From contig OZ234493.1 in the NCBI GenBank assembly GCA_965153455.1, positions 35,268,213 through 35,332,212 of the forward strand: a DNA stretch of 64,000 nucleotides, written 5' to 3'. Source of the DNA: Sphagnum compactum (taxonomy: Eukaryota). Position 1 is the stretch's first letter, and each line of letters starts with the position of its first letter. The notes under the pieces are model-generated. The model was not told the DNA's origin, searched no databases, and saw only the letters and a program-made list of their open reading frames with translations. This document shows positions 27,233 to 41,945 of this stretch, piece after piece. Both the position numbers and the translations under genes were made by a program.

Positions 27233-30009
27233 TTAGGTTCCCCCACCCTTGAATGCTATGAATGTTTTTCTTCTTTTTTTGTAGGTTTTTTTTTTTTGAA
27301 TTTCACCCTTTTTATGATCAAACTCAGGGTTCTAGTGCTGTTTTCCTTACTTTATAGACAATTTTATTATATATATATATTTAATTATCACACCTTCTTG
27401 CAAAGTCATATGAATTAGTTGTGGGTGTATATTTTGATAGTTTTTTCTTTGAAATGGGCCATTTAGCTGGCTTATCATTGAAAACATTGTGAAATCTCCC
27501 CTCCTCAAGTAGAAATCACATTTTTTAAGTAATCAAATTGAATTTCTTTTTGAAAAGTTGACAAATAGGCTTCACTTCGGAGTTAAATATTATTTTTAAT
27601 AGGTGTTGAACTCCATACCTATATAGACCTCAATTTTAATTTGATATAAAAACATTTATTTATATGATGTCTAGCATAGGGGCGTGTGTAATGTCTCCGT
27701 GGAATTGGACCCAAATTTTAAACCAAGCCCAGAGATTCTTGAAATTTGAAGAAAAAATTGCATCAAAATCAAAACTATAAGGTATTAATATACGAAGAAC
27801 CTGGCTCAAATCCATACTTGAAAATTATTCAATAGTTTTAAAGAATCAAAACCAAGACCCCAAGTTATCTTTAAAAAAAAGAACCTCGCAACACTGGTGT
27901 AGACTTGTGAAATGTGAACCAAAAATGAGCTTTGAACCTTTTTAATACAAGGGCTAGGTGAATATGAAAGTTTGAAAAAAGGTCCACCATTGCCATTAGG
28001 AAGTTTTTTTCAAAAAAATTGATACTAGGTAATATGACTTTTTACTAGTATGTTGAAAAGTTGCTATATTGTTGGGTGATTGTTATAAATAGGAGCAAGC
28101 CCCTCAACAATTATCAAAGTGATTCTTAAGGTTTGTAACCATGGTTTTGTAAAAATCAAAAGAACTAGTTCTGATATATAACCAAGGTTTATTCGCAAAA
28201 ATCTTGAAAAGAAAGCAAATAACCATCTTTATAACCATGGGTTCTTCATCCATACTTTTCATGAAAACCAATGCTCTTTCCCAAGGTTTGAAATAGTTGT
28301 AACAAGTTGTTCTTTGATTTTGAAACATTAAAAATATTGAAACGAGCAATTATTAACAAATCGAATACTCACCCAACATTGGTTTAAACATTTTTTTATC
28401 AATATAATGACTTTGGGATGACATAAAAAATTTATTTTAATCATTATGAATGAATGTATCTTCCTTTTGAATGGCAAAATATGGATTAAAACTTTCAAAT
28501 GCAAATTGACTCAAATTTTTCACTCATAAATTAGGATAATTACATTGTGAAGTTTCATCTTTTTCATCAATGTGAGTTTCATAAGTTTTAGGCTTTAGAT
28601 GAAGTTTATATCACATATTTTTTATAATAGAATTTTTATTCTTATTAGAAGTCCCATTTTGACAACTAGAATGACCCCACAAACACACCACTTTGTTTTC
28701 CCATTGCAAGCCCATCTAATCAAATGAACCCCAATTCCAAAAACCACAATCCCAATGGGGTCGAACGTTTTTTTTTCCTTTTCACTTTCTTTTGTTGCCC
28801 CTTTTAACTCATGTATTTTCCCCTTCCTATACCCCTTAAACCTAAATTGGGATGCTCGACTTCCCTCCAACAACACCTTCAATTTTGAGCTTTGAAACAA
28901 GCATCACCTTCTACTCCATCCCTTGTAACATCACCCACTACAAGTTCATTGCCCATTGTGCTCTAGCTCCATTGTTCACACTCAAGCTCCAATTCAAAAA
29001 CAACAACAAGGGTTTTTTTTAACATTCCAAATGTTATTTTTAGGGTTGTTATTGTTTTGACTTGCAACAAATTAGTCCACCTTAACCCCATGCTACCTAG
29101 TTCCTATGAATGACCAAAAAATTGCCATGCATCACATTGAACTACGATGCACATAAATTCATTTTGTGCTTTTGATGTACCTATCAAAAGAAGAATCCTA
29201 AACTACAAGTGCATGCAAAAGAGTTGAGCAAGAAGGAAACAAAGAGGGAAAAAAATTCTAAACTTCTTGCAACCTTCTACAAAGCTTGCAAAACATTCAA
29301 AAACTTGCTCGAAACAAAAACCTACAAAAACTCATACCCACATTCCCATTAATATTTGCAATGGTTTTGTTGGGTTCATTGAGCTTTTTAGTTGGAATGT
29401 TCTAAACATTTGTTGACACAATAGTTTCTTAAGTGATAAGCTTAGCATCAAGCAACAAGCTTTCATGGTTGAAGTTGTAACACTAGTTTTATAATGACAA
29501 TTTTTTAATTTAGAATGCACTCAACACCGAACCTCCCTTTGTCACTTCTTTTCATGTTCTTTTCAATGAAGAGTTCAAAGCACGATGAACAATCATTGGC
29601 CCCCCCTCCCCTAATGGCTCTTGTTTTTCAAAAAAAACATGAAAGGTGTGGCAATGGTGACCATTACAACCTCTTTGTGATTCAAAATGTGCAACACCAT
29701 GAACATTGTGTGAACCTCTTAATGATGGTGCCCTTTCCCCCACCCATTTTTTTTGGAAAAAGAAGCTTGAACACCTCAACCAACCCTTTAATGAAACCAG
29801 CAACATAATTAGGTTTTTGTTATGTGACTAATGACCAAAGTGAACCAAAACCCATTAATGCAACAATTGTGGATGAGGTTATTTTAGTCATTTTGGGATG
29901 AGCCCAAACCATTTCACACACTTGACTTGGGTTTCAAGTTTTTTTTTTCCTTTCTGCCCACCTTCCACCCAACTATCAAAATTCAAAATTCTACTTACCT
30001 CCTTATTTC

Positions 30010-30640
30010 CTACCTACCTCCCTCCTCTTGGTCTTGTGTTGATGTTGTTAAAGACAACGATAATGAGCCATGTTCATTGTCATCATCTTCCTCCTCCTTG
30101 TCCTCTATTGATGTTGCTATAAATAGGAAGATGATGACAAAAAATCACATGTTCATCTTCATTGTTTTCCTCCTCTTGGTCTTATATTCATGTTATTGAA
30201 AACAATGATAATGAAATGTGCATTTGTCATTGTCATCCTAATCTTGTGTTGATGTTTCTAAAGACAATTGTAATGAGCACATAGTTCATTGTCATTGTTT
30301 TTTTCCTCTTGGTCTTGCCACGCATTCATGACAACGATGAGCCCCACATTCATCATTGTTGTCTTCCTTTTCTTGGTTTTGTGTTTATGTTATTGAAAAC
30401 AATGATGATGAATTGCACATTCATTGTCATCATCTTCTCCCTTTAATCCTCGATCAATGTTGTTATAGATAGGAAGACAATGACATTGAGCTACACTAAT
30501 CACCATCATCATCTTCCTCTTCTTAATTTTTTGTTGATGATGTTAAAAACAATGATGATGAATTGCATTCACTATCATCATCTTTGTCCTCTTGATCCTA
30601 TGTTGATGTTGTTGTAAACAAAAACAACAACGATAAATGC
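30010..30640. repeat. Degenerate ~55-75-bp tandem repeat
   Basis: Recurring CCTCTTGGTCTTGTGTTGATGTTGTT..AAACAATGATGATGA..TTCATTGTCATCATCTT. Confidence 0.7.
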
Positions 30641-33600
30641 CTCCTATGTTTTTGCAAGTTGCCATTGTTGTTTATTTCCATCTTTCCTTGCTACTATCAC
30701 CTACAAATGTGCACCCCTTCTTTTATCCTTTATTTGAATTCTCTTTTGTTGTTTTTTTTTAGAAAAAGAAGCAAGATTAAAAGAGATAGGACTAAAAGAA
30801 GAAAAACCAAAAATAAAATAATAAGAAAAATAAAAATAGAATTAGAAGCAAGAATAGAAAAAGAAAAACCAAAACTAGAAAACGAAGAAAAAACACAAGT
30901 AGAATAAAAATATATAAGAAATTAGAAGGAAAAAAATGAAAAAGAAGAATTTGAAAAACCCAATGCATTGAATCTTCTTATGGTTTTTTATGTACGAGTG
31001 TTTAAATATCGTGTACCCTCATAAAAGATTGTGTCAATGCCAAATGGCAACAACCATTGACATTGAACAACATCTTGTTTCATCATATGTTTTAGCACAT
31101 GGAAACCATGTTCCTATAATAAAGGTTATAGCAAGTGAGCAACATCTTGTTCCATCAAATGTGAATGGTTAGTTGCAACCAATAGCTTCAACAAATGTAG
31201 AAGTTGAAAGACTTGAAGGTCTAGTTTACACAATTAAACAATTGTTTGCTTGTCTATTGGTTTTCTAATCTTTTTTTTTAAGACAAAAAAATTTACATAA
31301 ACAATGAAAATGAAGGATAAGGTGTGCAAATAAGACATGGTAGGTTTTCTTTTACATCATTATAGTTTTTTTTTCATTTGATGAAATGCATTACCATCTT
31401 TGTGGTCATGTTGTCATGAGGAAATCACATTAATGTTTAATTATCATTCAATGATCATACAATCTATGTCTTCATGTGGAAATCATAACAAGCTTTTCAT
31501 AAGCTTTGTTCCACCCTCTCTTTCCACATGAGATGGGGGCTGGGGTTTTTTTCTATCAATTTTTCTTTGCAATACCTAAATATAAATAAGGCTTCTTAGG
31601 TTTAAGTACGGCAATACTTGTAATATGTACACAATCTTGGTCATGTTTTCCATGTAATACCTTCATGTGGTATTTAATTGAATTTTTAAATTAAGGTCTG
31701 TGTGGTTATAAATATAGATTAATCATTGTTGTTTTATTTTCATCTTAATTGATACAATTAAAATAGATGAAAGGTGTGCTAGGGGTTGATCAAGCACCAA
31801 ATCCTAATGGCCCACCTTAGATCACAAGGAAAGGTATGGTATGGGCCAATGTAGGCTCCAAGTGGTTTTTGTAAGGTTGAGACCTATTTAGCTTTTTATG
31901 TTGCAAAATGGTTGTTAATGGTGTGCCTCCAAAAAGGAACACAACTTGATCACAAAAAAACCAAACTTGGACACCCCTCCATTCATGAAAGGGGTCCATG
32001 TCAACAAAATCATATGCAATGAATGTGCGTATCCTTAGTGATGCCCATTCAATTCAATGACAAAATGACCAAAATGCAACTATTCGAGCTTAGACAAAAA
32101 TTATAGCCAAGTTTGATCATCTCCAATCCATTACACAATCAAAATTTGAAGTACAAAAATTTACCTTAATACAACTTGTTTATGAGTTTTTGCTCAAGAT
32201 ACTTGGCATTTTGTCTTGGGGTTTGGAAAACATTCCCCAAGATGCTTTCACAATATTGAAAAGGATGAAGATTTACAAGTTGAAATTTAGAGCACCAAAT
32301 TTGCATATGCCAAGCAAATGAAACTTGCATGGGATGGGACATATTAAGAGCAAAAATTGAACAAACAATTTGAATACTGGAGATGCAAGTAATTGTGGAT
32401 TACCATGATTTTGAAATTGTACATGGACGGTATGTGTTTAGAACCATGTTTTTTTCAAACCTATGTACTAATTATGTATCATGTGTTTTATGCATACTTT
32501 GAACAATTACAAAGGACCAATTTGTAACCAATGTCATTCAATTCCAATTATGGCATTGTCATATTTGCATGCATCAACACAATACCAAGGTGAATATGCT
32601 AGAAACAATTTATTGACAAGCAAATGGCATGGTGGATGATGATGGTAGTTCTAAAAAGAGGCCTCCTAAGGCTAAGGAATAACATATATATTTTACTTGG
32701 GTTTCCTTGGCATAAACAATGGCATGGAATTTTATTTTTTTCCAATTTTTGAATGCATTTTTGGACATTGTATTCAGTTATGATAGAATTGGTATTTGCA
32801 TCAATACATGCAAGTTTATTTTATTACAATTGTAACTTCACATTTGTGTTGTGTTCCATGTTTTGAATGTGAATATTGCATCAATGCCTTGTTGAAAAAA
32901 ATTCTTTAAAATATTAATTATGAGTTTGAAACATATTGCAATACCCTATTATTGCACTCAAAACATCAATAAGTATAAAATTCAATACTCACATATTACA
33001 AAAATCAATTACATGAGATGTGACCACATGTGCAATATTCACATAACCATCAAATATACAATGGTTTTTTGGGCCAATATGCAATACCTATATGTCATCC
33101 ACAAAATTGAAGTTGGTTTTTTCCATTTCCATTTTAAATGATTTTTTTTCAAATGTAAATATTCTATTTTATGATCAGGGTGTAATCCAAGCTTTTGAAT
33201 AACCTTTTTGATTTTTTCTTAAACCTTACCCCAAACTTCTAACTAAAATTAAACATTTTTAATGTAGTTAATTGATGTAAACAATCAGCATAAATACAAT
33301 TTTTTTTTAAATCACCTTCTAGATAAGGATTTTTTTGAAATATCTATTTTTATAAATATGCCACTATTTTTAATCATGATTTTCATTTCATTTTTTGGTT
33401 AACATATGTTCCAAAAATGATATTACAATGTTTGGTCATTTAAGGCATATACTTTTCCCACTTCAAATGAATAAAAAATGGATGTGAATGTGAATTCCCA
33501 TCCTTTAAATACATTAGGTTCCCTTAATCTAAGGCCATTAAGATGAAGTAAATGTCTTGCCAATAATTCAAACCAAAATTTTATATATGATTTCATTTTT

Positions 33601-35512
33601 TTCATTTTCTTTTCATGTGGGTGGGGAACACGCGGGGGGGGGGAGGAGAAAACCGGAATAATAATTAAAATTATAATTTCATCCCTTAAATTTTCCTTTC
33701 ATTTATGTTCAAATGTCAAAATAAACTTTATTCCATTGAATTCAATCAATGTTGTGTTTAAAACTTATATGTGGATTTTTATTACCACATTTTTTTGTCA
33801 ATGCGTTGGTTTCAGTAAAAAGAAATATGCAATAGACAAATAATACCAAGGCTTTCCATGAATTGAAAAAATATTTCCATTGAAAAAAAAATGATTGTAA
33901 ATGTTAATTATAACAATACATTAGCAATAAACTTGCCCAAAGATTGTTTTCATAGATATATTAAAAGTCAACAAACAACGTTAGTATTACATAACATATT
34001 TAAATCAAAATGTGCAATACTTGCATTCATGGTACATCAAAAATTAACATCCATATACAAATATACATGGATTGGGGGCATGATTACATGTAATGGACAT
34101 TTACTACATAGTTTTATAGACTTGACAATGTCCATCCATCCATCATGTACATAGAGGTTAAGGTTTGCATTTGAAAACATGACCTTTTATGACATTCAAA
34201 TACATGTAATTTTTTTAAATATTTTGATAAACATTTTTATTTTGGGCTCAAAAACCATTTTTTATTGTTGCATTATAATTTCACATTTACATTTCTAAAG
34301 TTTAAGGTTCTTAAGCAATACTTACATAATGTCTTGTAAAATCCCCATGATTTGTTTAAAGGGTCTTAAATAATACATGCATATTGACATTTAATACACA
34401 TTGGGCTTTTGGAATTATGTGCAATACTTGTATATGGGCCATGGAATATGCATTGACATTTTAACAAAAGTTTGCAATACTTACATACGGGTCATAAAAT
34501 AGTTGTTGGTTTATTGGTGTCTTATTGTTGTTTGGAAGCCCAATTTGAAGGGATGTGGGTATTTCATTTTGGGGATTATATCTTCAACTAACTAACCATG
34601 AATTCTAATCAAGTCATTTTCATTGGCACCCATATGTGGGTATTGCATTAGGTTTAAGCCATTATTTTAACATGGTAATTGCATTTAAGTCACAAAAATA
34701 GGTACTGGTTTTGCAAACTTCAAATTGTTCTAAACATGATGATTCATGGTTGATGTGGGTATTACATCATACAAAGCCATTTTAAGATTACAATACCTAC
34801 ATCATAAGGTATATGATAAATGCCCCATGAACAATACCCATATCAACCCAAAAATTCCTTCAATGTGCATGGTGGACCTCACAATATTCATAAAAGACTT
34901 TTTTAATATCAACTACAAATTTTGAAACAATGTGCAATACCCCCAAGTGGGGTTTTGATCTTTCATTAAACATTGGATCAAACATGCAATACCTAAATCA
35001 AATGTGTTATATCATCACCGTAATAGTTGTGCATTGCAACATTTGGTTGCATTGCTTGTCAGTAACTTTAATAAAGGGCGTGTCACATTGTGACCTTGCC
35101 ATTTACACTGAAAGGTATCTTTATGCAAAAGAACACTTACGAAAACTCAAATATTTCATCATGCAAAATATAATTCTCAAAAAATCCTTTAAAAGAAACC
35201 AAAGTCCTTCAAAATATTATAACTTTATAACTAATTTCAAGTTTCAACACAAGTCAAAATATCATCTTTCAAAATTCCTCACATAAAATAGAGCTATTAC
35301 CTAGGGGCCAAAATCCTTTAAACTACTATACTTTATAATGAATCTAAACACAATATCCTTTCCTTGGTAGGCAAGACCAACAAATATGGCATATTGAGGC
35401 TGATGGAAATATTAAATATATTGTAGATTAAAGATTTGGGAAATGATAACATAAACAACTCTTATGCCACATCGAGTGTCAATTCATAGTTTTAATCAAC
35501 CGATACAATTTT

Positions 35513-35770
35513 TGTTACGAGTTGCCCGTGGCTCGTCTTAGCACCAAAAGTGCTCCAACTATGCATTAACCACCTTGTGTTGGTTTTGTGCAGGACCGTG
35601 TGAGTAGTTGATGCTTGTCATTTTTCCTAGTCCCATCCCAGAGCTCCAGCACGCCCCTCTACCCCTCCAAAGTGCTGCGAGCCAGGGAGCATGCCCCGAC
35701 TCTTTGCTCTTCCGTTGTTTTCACTTTAGACTCACATTTGGAGTCTATTAAGGAGCTTGGGGGTGCGTCA
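35513..35770 (+). mobile_element. 3'-terminal fragment of the same LTR family
   Basis: CCCGTGGCTCGTCTTAGCACCAAAAGTG...CCTAGTCCCATCCCAGAGCTCCAGCAC...GGAGCTTGGGGGTGCGTCA aligns by eye to 37801-38044. No TSD found. Confidence 0.7.
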
Positions 35771-35779
35771 CATTCTCAT

Positions 35780-38700
35780 TTGTAGTGATAATGCCACCAA
35801 TGTCAATTATCCCTTCTTCACCTTCAATAAACTCATCATCACTATAATTAAAGAAGTCCCCGTCATTTGAAATGTGTTGCAAGTCCACAAACACAAGTGC
35901 CAACCCTCCATAGTCAAATATTTACCATGTTTGAGAATACTCAATGATATATTCTTGCATAATTAATGCATGTGAAAATAATCATGAATTGGTGTTTGCA
36001 AAAATTCTTTCACAATGCCCACTCACACGTGCAACATGCATGTTGAAACAATGGATACTTTACTTGGTACATGACATTGACAAAACATTGGCTCTGCATG
36101 TCACAACCCTAGCCTTTGGCTTGCGACCAAGGCAAGGGGGTTGTGAGGTTGCGGGCCTAGTAGTAGACCCGGGAGGCACATCACATGCTCCCGGGAGTGC
36201 AAGGAGTGCAAAGAGTCCAGAGAGTGTGAGGGAGTGAACCCTCACACTCCCAAGTGAACTCCCACGTTGGGAGTTGGTGAGAGTTGGAGTCCCGGGGGGA
36301 CTCCCGAAACTTCAAGAGAGTGTTGGAAGCTTGGGGGACGCCCGAGTTAGCTTGAGACAAGGTCCGAGCCGCAAGGTGTCGGCTCGAGTTCCTCATGAAG
36401 GAAAGGATGAAAGAGTTCCTCCCAAGTGAGGGGGGGGTTTAAGAGAAACCCTCCCGGACTTGTCAAGAGAGTGTTGGAAGCTTGGGGACGCCTAAGTTAG
36501 CTTGAGACAAGGTCCAAGCCGCAAGGTGTCGGCAAATGATGACTCATGAGGGGAAGGATGAAATAGTTCCTCCCGAGTGAGGGAGGGGGTTTAAGAGAAA
36601 CCTTCCTCGACTTGTCAAGAGAGTGTTGGAAGCTTGGGGGATGCCCGAGTTAGCTTGAGACAAGGGCCAAGCCGCAAGGTGTCGGCAAGTGATGGCCAAA
36701 GATCCAAAAGAAAGCAAGTGCAATTGTGTGGGTGAAAACCCTAAGTGTCAATGAGGACATTGACCTCTTCTTCTAGTGAGGGAGAGTGTCGCAACCCTAG
36801 CCTTGGCTCAAGGCCAAGGCAAGGGGGTTACAAGGTGCAAGCCTAATAGTAGACCCGGGAGTCACATCGCATGCTCCCGGGAGTGCAACCGTGAGAGAGA
36901 GAAAACTCTAAGTGTCAATGAGGACATTGACCTCTTCTTCTAGTGGGGAAGAGTGTCGCAACCCTAGCCTTTGGCTTGCGACCAAGGCAAGGGGGTTGTG
37001 AGGTTGCGGGCCTAGTAGTAGACCCGGGAGGCACATCACATGCTCCCGGGAGTGCAAGGAGTGCAAAGAGTCCAGAGAGTGTGAGGGAGTGAACCCTCAC
37101 ACTCCCAAGTGAACTCCCACGTTGGGAGTTGGTGAGAGTTGGAGTCCCGGGGGGACTCCCGAAACTTCAGAGAGCGTTTTGAGGGGTCAAAACTCCATGG
37201 CTTGTTTCGCTCTTTATATCAATGGAAAGCTCTTGAAGTGTAGATGTCCAAAATGGGCTCGCATTGCTCATTTGGACATCTGAAACACAAGTTATGGCCA
37301 AAAGAAGGCCCGGGAGTCGAATTCCCGGGAGTCGTCCAGTTTTGACTCCCGACCACTAAAAGTCGGGAATCGACCCGATTTACTTAGCTGCAGAGTACGT
37401 GCGACATACCGTTGGAAAGGTCTCGACGAGATCTACAACTTTGCTTCAGACTGCATCGCGATCCGAGGTCTTCTCGCAAAGTTATGGGGCTCCAAAGTCG
37501 CGGGAGTCCCATTTGGCGCGATTTCGGGACTCCCACTCGGGAGTCCCGGGAAAAATAGCCATTTGGATGTAGCCTCCGTGGAGAGTCACAGAGTATACTA
37601 TAAGGGGGGGGAAGTGGTTGGCTTCCCCAAGAGGGAAGGTGCTGGCTTCCCCACCAAAGGGAGTGAGGTGGTGGCTTACTCCCGAGCCCGGAGTGTGTGT
37701 GTGTTCAAAGTGAGTCCGAGTTCACCCGTGGCTTGTCCCAACACCAAAAGGATTCAACATGAGTCCCAAGGGGGAAGGTGGTGGCTTCCCCAAGGTCCGG
37801 GCCGTGGCTCTTCCTAGCACCAAGGGTGTTCCAACTTTGGACTAACCACTTGGAGTGGTTCATGGAGGGTCCGTGTGAGTGAGTCAAGCTTGTCAACTCT
37901 TCCTAGTCCCATCCCGGAGCTCCAACACACCCCTCTACCCCTCAAGTGTTGTGAGCTAGGGAGCGGCTCCAAGTTCCAACTCCTTCCGCATTGCCGCATA
38001 CTTGGACCCTCAAGTGGGTCTACGAGGAACTTGGGAGCGCGTCACTGCACCTCCCAAACACCACCATTCTCAAACATTGGTTTGCAACATGGGTAAACAA
38101 TATCAAGGATGTTTTTTCCACACTCTTTCTCACAATGTTGTCCATGACTTTGTTACTTATAAACTTTTTTTTTCCATCTCCATTATGTGCATGTAATGGC
38201 ATCTGACGGTTGTGGTTGACCTCCACATTAACCGATCAATTCGATGGCCTCTAAAACCTTTTGTGTCAAAAGAAAACTAATGATTTAAGGCATCATGGTA
38301 CAATTCACTGCTCATTTGTGTGTCTTGGTTGGAATGAGGCACATGTTGAAGACCAACCATCCATAATTTTAAAACATTGCACATGTTGCAAGAATTACAT
38401 ATGGCCACCCAAAAGACAATTTAAGAACAAATTTACAAAAAAATGGTTAGATGATTTTAAACATGACAAGTTAAAAATGATCACATACCAAATTTCTAAT
38501 AATAGGTCTAAAAATGACTTGTCCATGGATGTGTCACTAAGAAAATGTTGATTAAAGTTTTGCCGCACATTATTTTTCCCACATTCTTTGAATGCATCAA
38601 TGTTTTCATCATGGTTCATAGACATGTACGTCACATCATGGAGGTCATGGAAGATTGCATCTCACATTTCAACATTTTTTATTTTTTTGATTACATGTAA

Positions 38701-40100
38701 CTGTCAAACTTTTAAGACATGCCAACAACAAAGGAAAATAAATACATGGTTTATACTCCAAATGGTCCTATGCATGCATACACAATGAACAAAATTAATG
38801 CATTGGTTGGGTGCACAAACATTATAAACATGAGAAGGATTCAAATACCTAATGAAATATCATTAAACATAATTTTTAAAAATGTATAGGTGGTTGGGTA
38901 TTTACCATAATGCCTTTAGTTCTTGTGGGGCATTGTCAATAATGAAACAAGATGGTTTCCAATTGGGCATGCATGACAACATCTTTGATTTGAAGGGTCT
39001 TAACCATTCAAGCAAATCCTCAACTATTTATTGACTTGTAATGATGGATGCTAAAGGAACACATGTGCAATAAACATCAAAACCCATCAAAATGAACAAA
39101 TGAAACTTCATGTCATTGGTGCCAGATGTGGCATCCATTGAAATAACACCATTGTGGCCACATGAAAACATTGATTGACATTGAATTGGCATTTGGATGC
39201 CAATTGTGAATGGTGCTTGAATCCCATTAACTTTGCTGGCTAATTTTTGAAAGGAAAAAACATCCTCCAAATGCTAAAGAACCCAAGATTGAATGGAAAT
39301 GGCTAGGTTCTTATGTAAACATTAACTTTTTTTTTTTTCTTGGTCCAAATAGACAATGTCTTGATGTGTAACGAAATCATCCCTCATCATGGGCCTCTTT
39401 AATATTCATACGTTGCCACAATTACTTTATGTTTGTTGTATAATTTTTTAATTATGTAGCCCAAACTCAATTAAATTCATATGTATTTTTTAAGGCTTGT
39501 GACATTTGCGGGGCATAAAAAGACATATGAACAATAGATCTAAAATCTTGTTGGCCATGTGTAGGTGACCCATTTGCTCACACATGAAATCTATGGTAGG
39601 AAGTTTTTTTGCCACATTGGGGACTTATGTGTAAAATCTTTTGATTGATAATGAAGCTAAACAACTTTGTTTGATAAACCAAGTGTGGTTGGGATCATCA
39701 TGATGATCATATAATCTGTATTGCATTGGTACCTAAGCAAACAAAAATTCAAAATAAAATATGGGATTTTTATGTACAAGCTAAAGAAAATTTAAAAAGG
39801 CTTTGATACTTACCATGTATGCCTGAAGTGGTTCTTAAAGTTGGATGATTAACATCCTTTTGTGGTAACAAGTTATTATGTATTTTCCATTCCACAAAGG
39901 TGCCCCTATCCCCACATTCACCTTCTAAAAACTTTGAAACATGAACATATGGAGTATAAGCAATTTTAGTTGATATTTTGTTTTGACCTCCATGTCATGT
40001 GCTAATGGTCCATAATAAATTTGTGTTTGAAAATCAGAATTTAGTGCGATTTTGGACATCAGTTAATTAGGACTTTGGAGTTCTTCCCACATTTGAAAAA
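35780..40100 (-). mobile_element. MULE (Mutator-like) transposase pseudogene with SWIM zinc finger, split by the LTR element
   Basis: ISMDATSGTNDMKFHLFILMGFD..VPLASIITS (39270-39028, MULE catalytic region), CFIIDNAPQELKA (~38950-38910) and WHVLK (~38725). TCEWAL*KNFCKH (SWIM CxC..CxH, ~36030-35990) lies on the other side of the LTR insertion. Boundaries approximate. Confidence 0.7.
36099..38044 (+). mobile_element. Internally deleted LTR retroelement: 5' LTR stub + 3' internal remnant with PPT + complete ~1.09-kb 3' LTR
   Basis: TG...CA ends with a perfect 5-bp TSD CTGCA (36094-36098 and 38045-38049). 36099-~36313 is repeated at 36954-~37168 with one difference seen. The purine tract GGGGAAGAG lies immediately before the TGTCGCAAC at 36954. 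The element is GC-rich and retains CpG, unlike its flanks. No coding remnant seen. Confidence 0.85.
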
Positions 40101-41419
40101 TAAAATGATATTCTAGCCCAATATGATGTGTGCATGCACCAAAAGATTATCCAAAACTTTTAATTATAACTACAAATCTGAAAATGCAATACTTGCATTG
40201 TGATGGAAACCCATAATGTTTATGGAGGTGAAAATGCAATACCCACATGTCAATTTAAAATTCACATTGTTTGTGGGTGGTGAAAATGCAAAATCTATAT
40301 ATCAAATATGGAAGATTTTTAGTGCAAATTGATGACCTTGTTAAATCCATGCAATGAAAATGTAATTGCCTAAACTAGGAGTAAAACAACAAAAAAACTA
40401 AGGAAAATGACTTTTTTAAATCATACTTTTGATGTTAATGGATGATGCCACATTCAAAAGTGTCCTAGTTCGACTTGAAAACACAACCCTAAATAGAAAT
40501 CAACACACATTTCATTAAATCCCTAAACCCAAACTTGAAACAATCCAATGGTAGATGCGCTCAACCTAATAATTATATAAACATATATAAATGGTAATAC
40601 AAAATATAACAACAATAATGTTATGAATTCTAAAGCTAATAAGTGAAGAAACTAATGAATGGAAGAATTAGCCTTAAAATTTTAAGTTAATTAATGCAAA
40701 AAATGACCTAAACAATTTTAATGGTAAATTTCATTAAAAAAAAACTATACAAACACATACAAATGTCAAACTAAATAAATTTTTAAGAGTGAATTATGGA
40801 TTCAAATTCAAAAATGATGAAATGAAAAAACTTAAATGAGTGAAAAATGAAGTTACCTCTTTTTTTAGTGTAGTATCTCCAATTTGAAACCCTTTCCACT
40901 CACTTTCAAAAGAGATCAAATGAGTCTTGCTTTAGATATGTCTATATGAAAATCCCCCCCCCCCCCCCCCCAATCCAACCTAGGAAGATTTTCATTAATA
41001 CCCTTAAATGTGCAAAAATTCATAAATATTTTTTGTTCGCCTAACTTTAAATTGATCAAGCCTATTGTTTAATTAAATTACGTACATCATTAAACTAAGT
41101 ATTTATTGGGTAATCAAATTACGTACATCATGCATTAGATGGTTCAAGATGGAGGTGGAGGTTTATAATTAACATCAAAAAAATTCTCACGATTGCAATA
41201 CCATATTTGGGGCTAGTAGTTTGTTGTCATTAAGGGTTCGAATAGGATTAAAAATAACTTTTTATTGGCTCTTTGCAATACTTACATTTTATGTTATAAC
41301 ATCATTCATTGAAATAAACAACACAAGTGTTAGATAGGTATAAGGTGGGTGAATGGGGGTACATAGATAAGTAGGTGGATGGGTGGGTGGGTTAAGGTCT
41401 TTCCAAGAGGTAGATGTTT

Positions 41420-41945
41420 AATTAAGAAGCATGAAAGTTTTGTCAAGATGTAAAGGTTTAGTTAAGAAATAATGTGTTTTGTCAACATGTAAAGGTTTAG
41501 CTAGGAAGACATAGAGGTTTTGTCAACAGGTAAAGGTTTTGTGAAAAAGAAATATAGGTGTTGCCAAAAGATAAATGTTTAGCCATGAAAAGACAAAAGT
41601 TTTGCTAGAAGTAAAAGTTTAGCCATGAAAAGATAAAAGTTTTGCAAGGAAAACATAAAAGTCTTGTCAAGAAGTAAAGTAGAAGCCAGGAAGAAATAGA
41701 GACTTTGCAAAGAAGATGTAAAGAGATTTAGCCATGAAAAAATAAAATGTTTGCCAAGAAAATATAACATTTTTCCCTGGGCTAAACCTCTATCTCTCAG
41801 CATGTAAAGGTTTAACTTAGCAAAAACATAGAAATTTTATGGAGAGGTAAATGTTTAGTCAAGAAGAAATAAAAGTTTTACCAAGAAATAATGTTTAGCC
41901 ATGAAAAAATAGAGGTTTTGCCAAGAAATAAATATTTAGTTAGGA
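41420..41945. repeat. Degenerate ~31-33-bp AT/purine-rich tandem repeat
   Basis: Recurring GTAAA(G/T)GTTTAGCCATGAAAA..TAAAGTTTTGCCAAGA variants. Confidence 0.75.

Noticed and set aside
40954-40971. Poly-C run (potential G-quadruplex on the minus strand)
   Set aside because: An isolated homopolymer in TE-derived DNA; its length is unreliable and it has no functional context.
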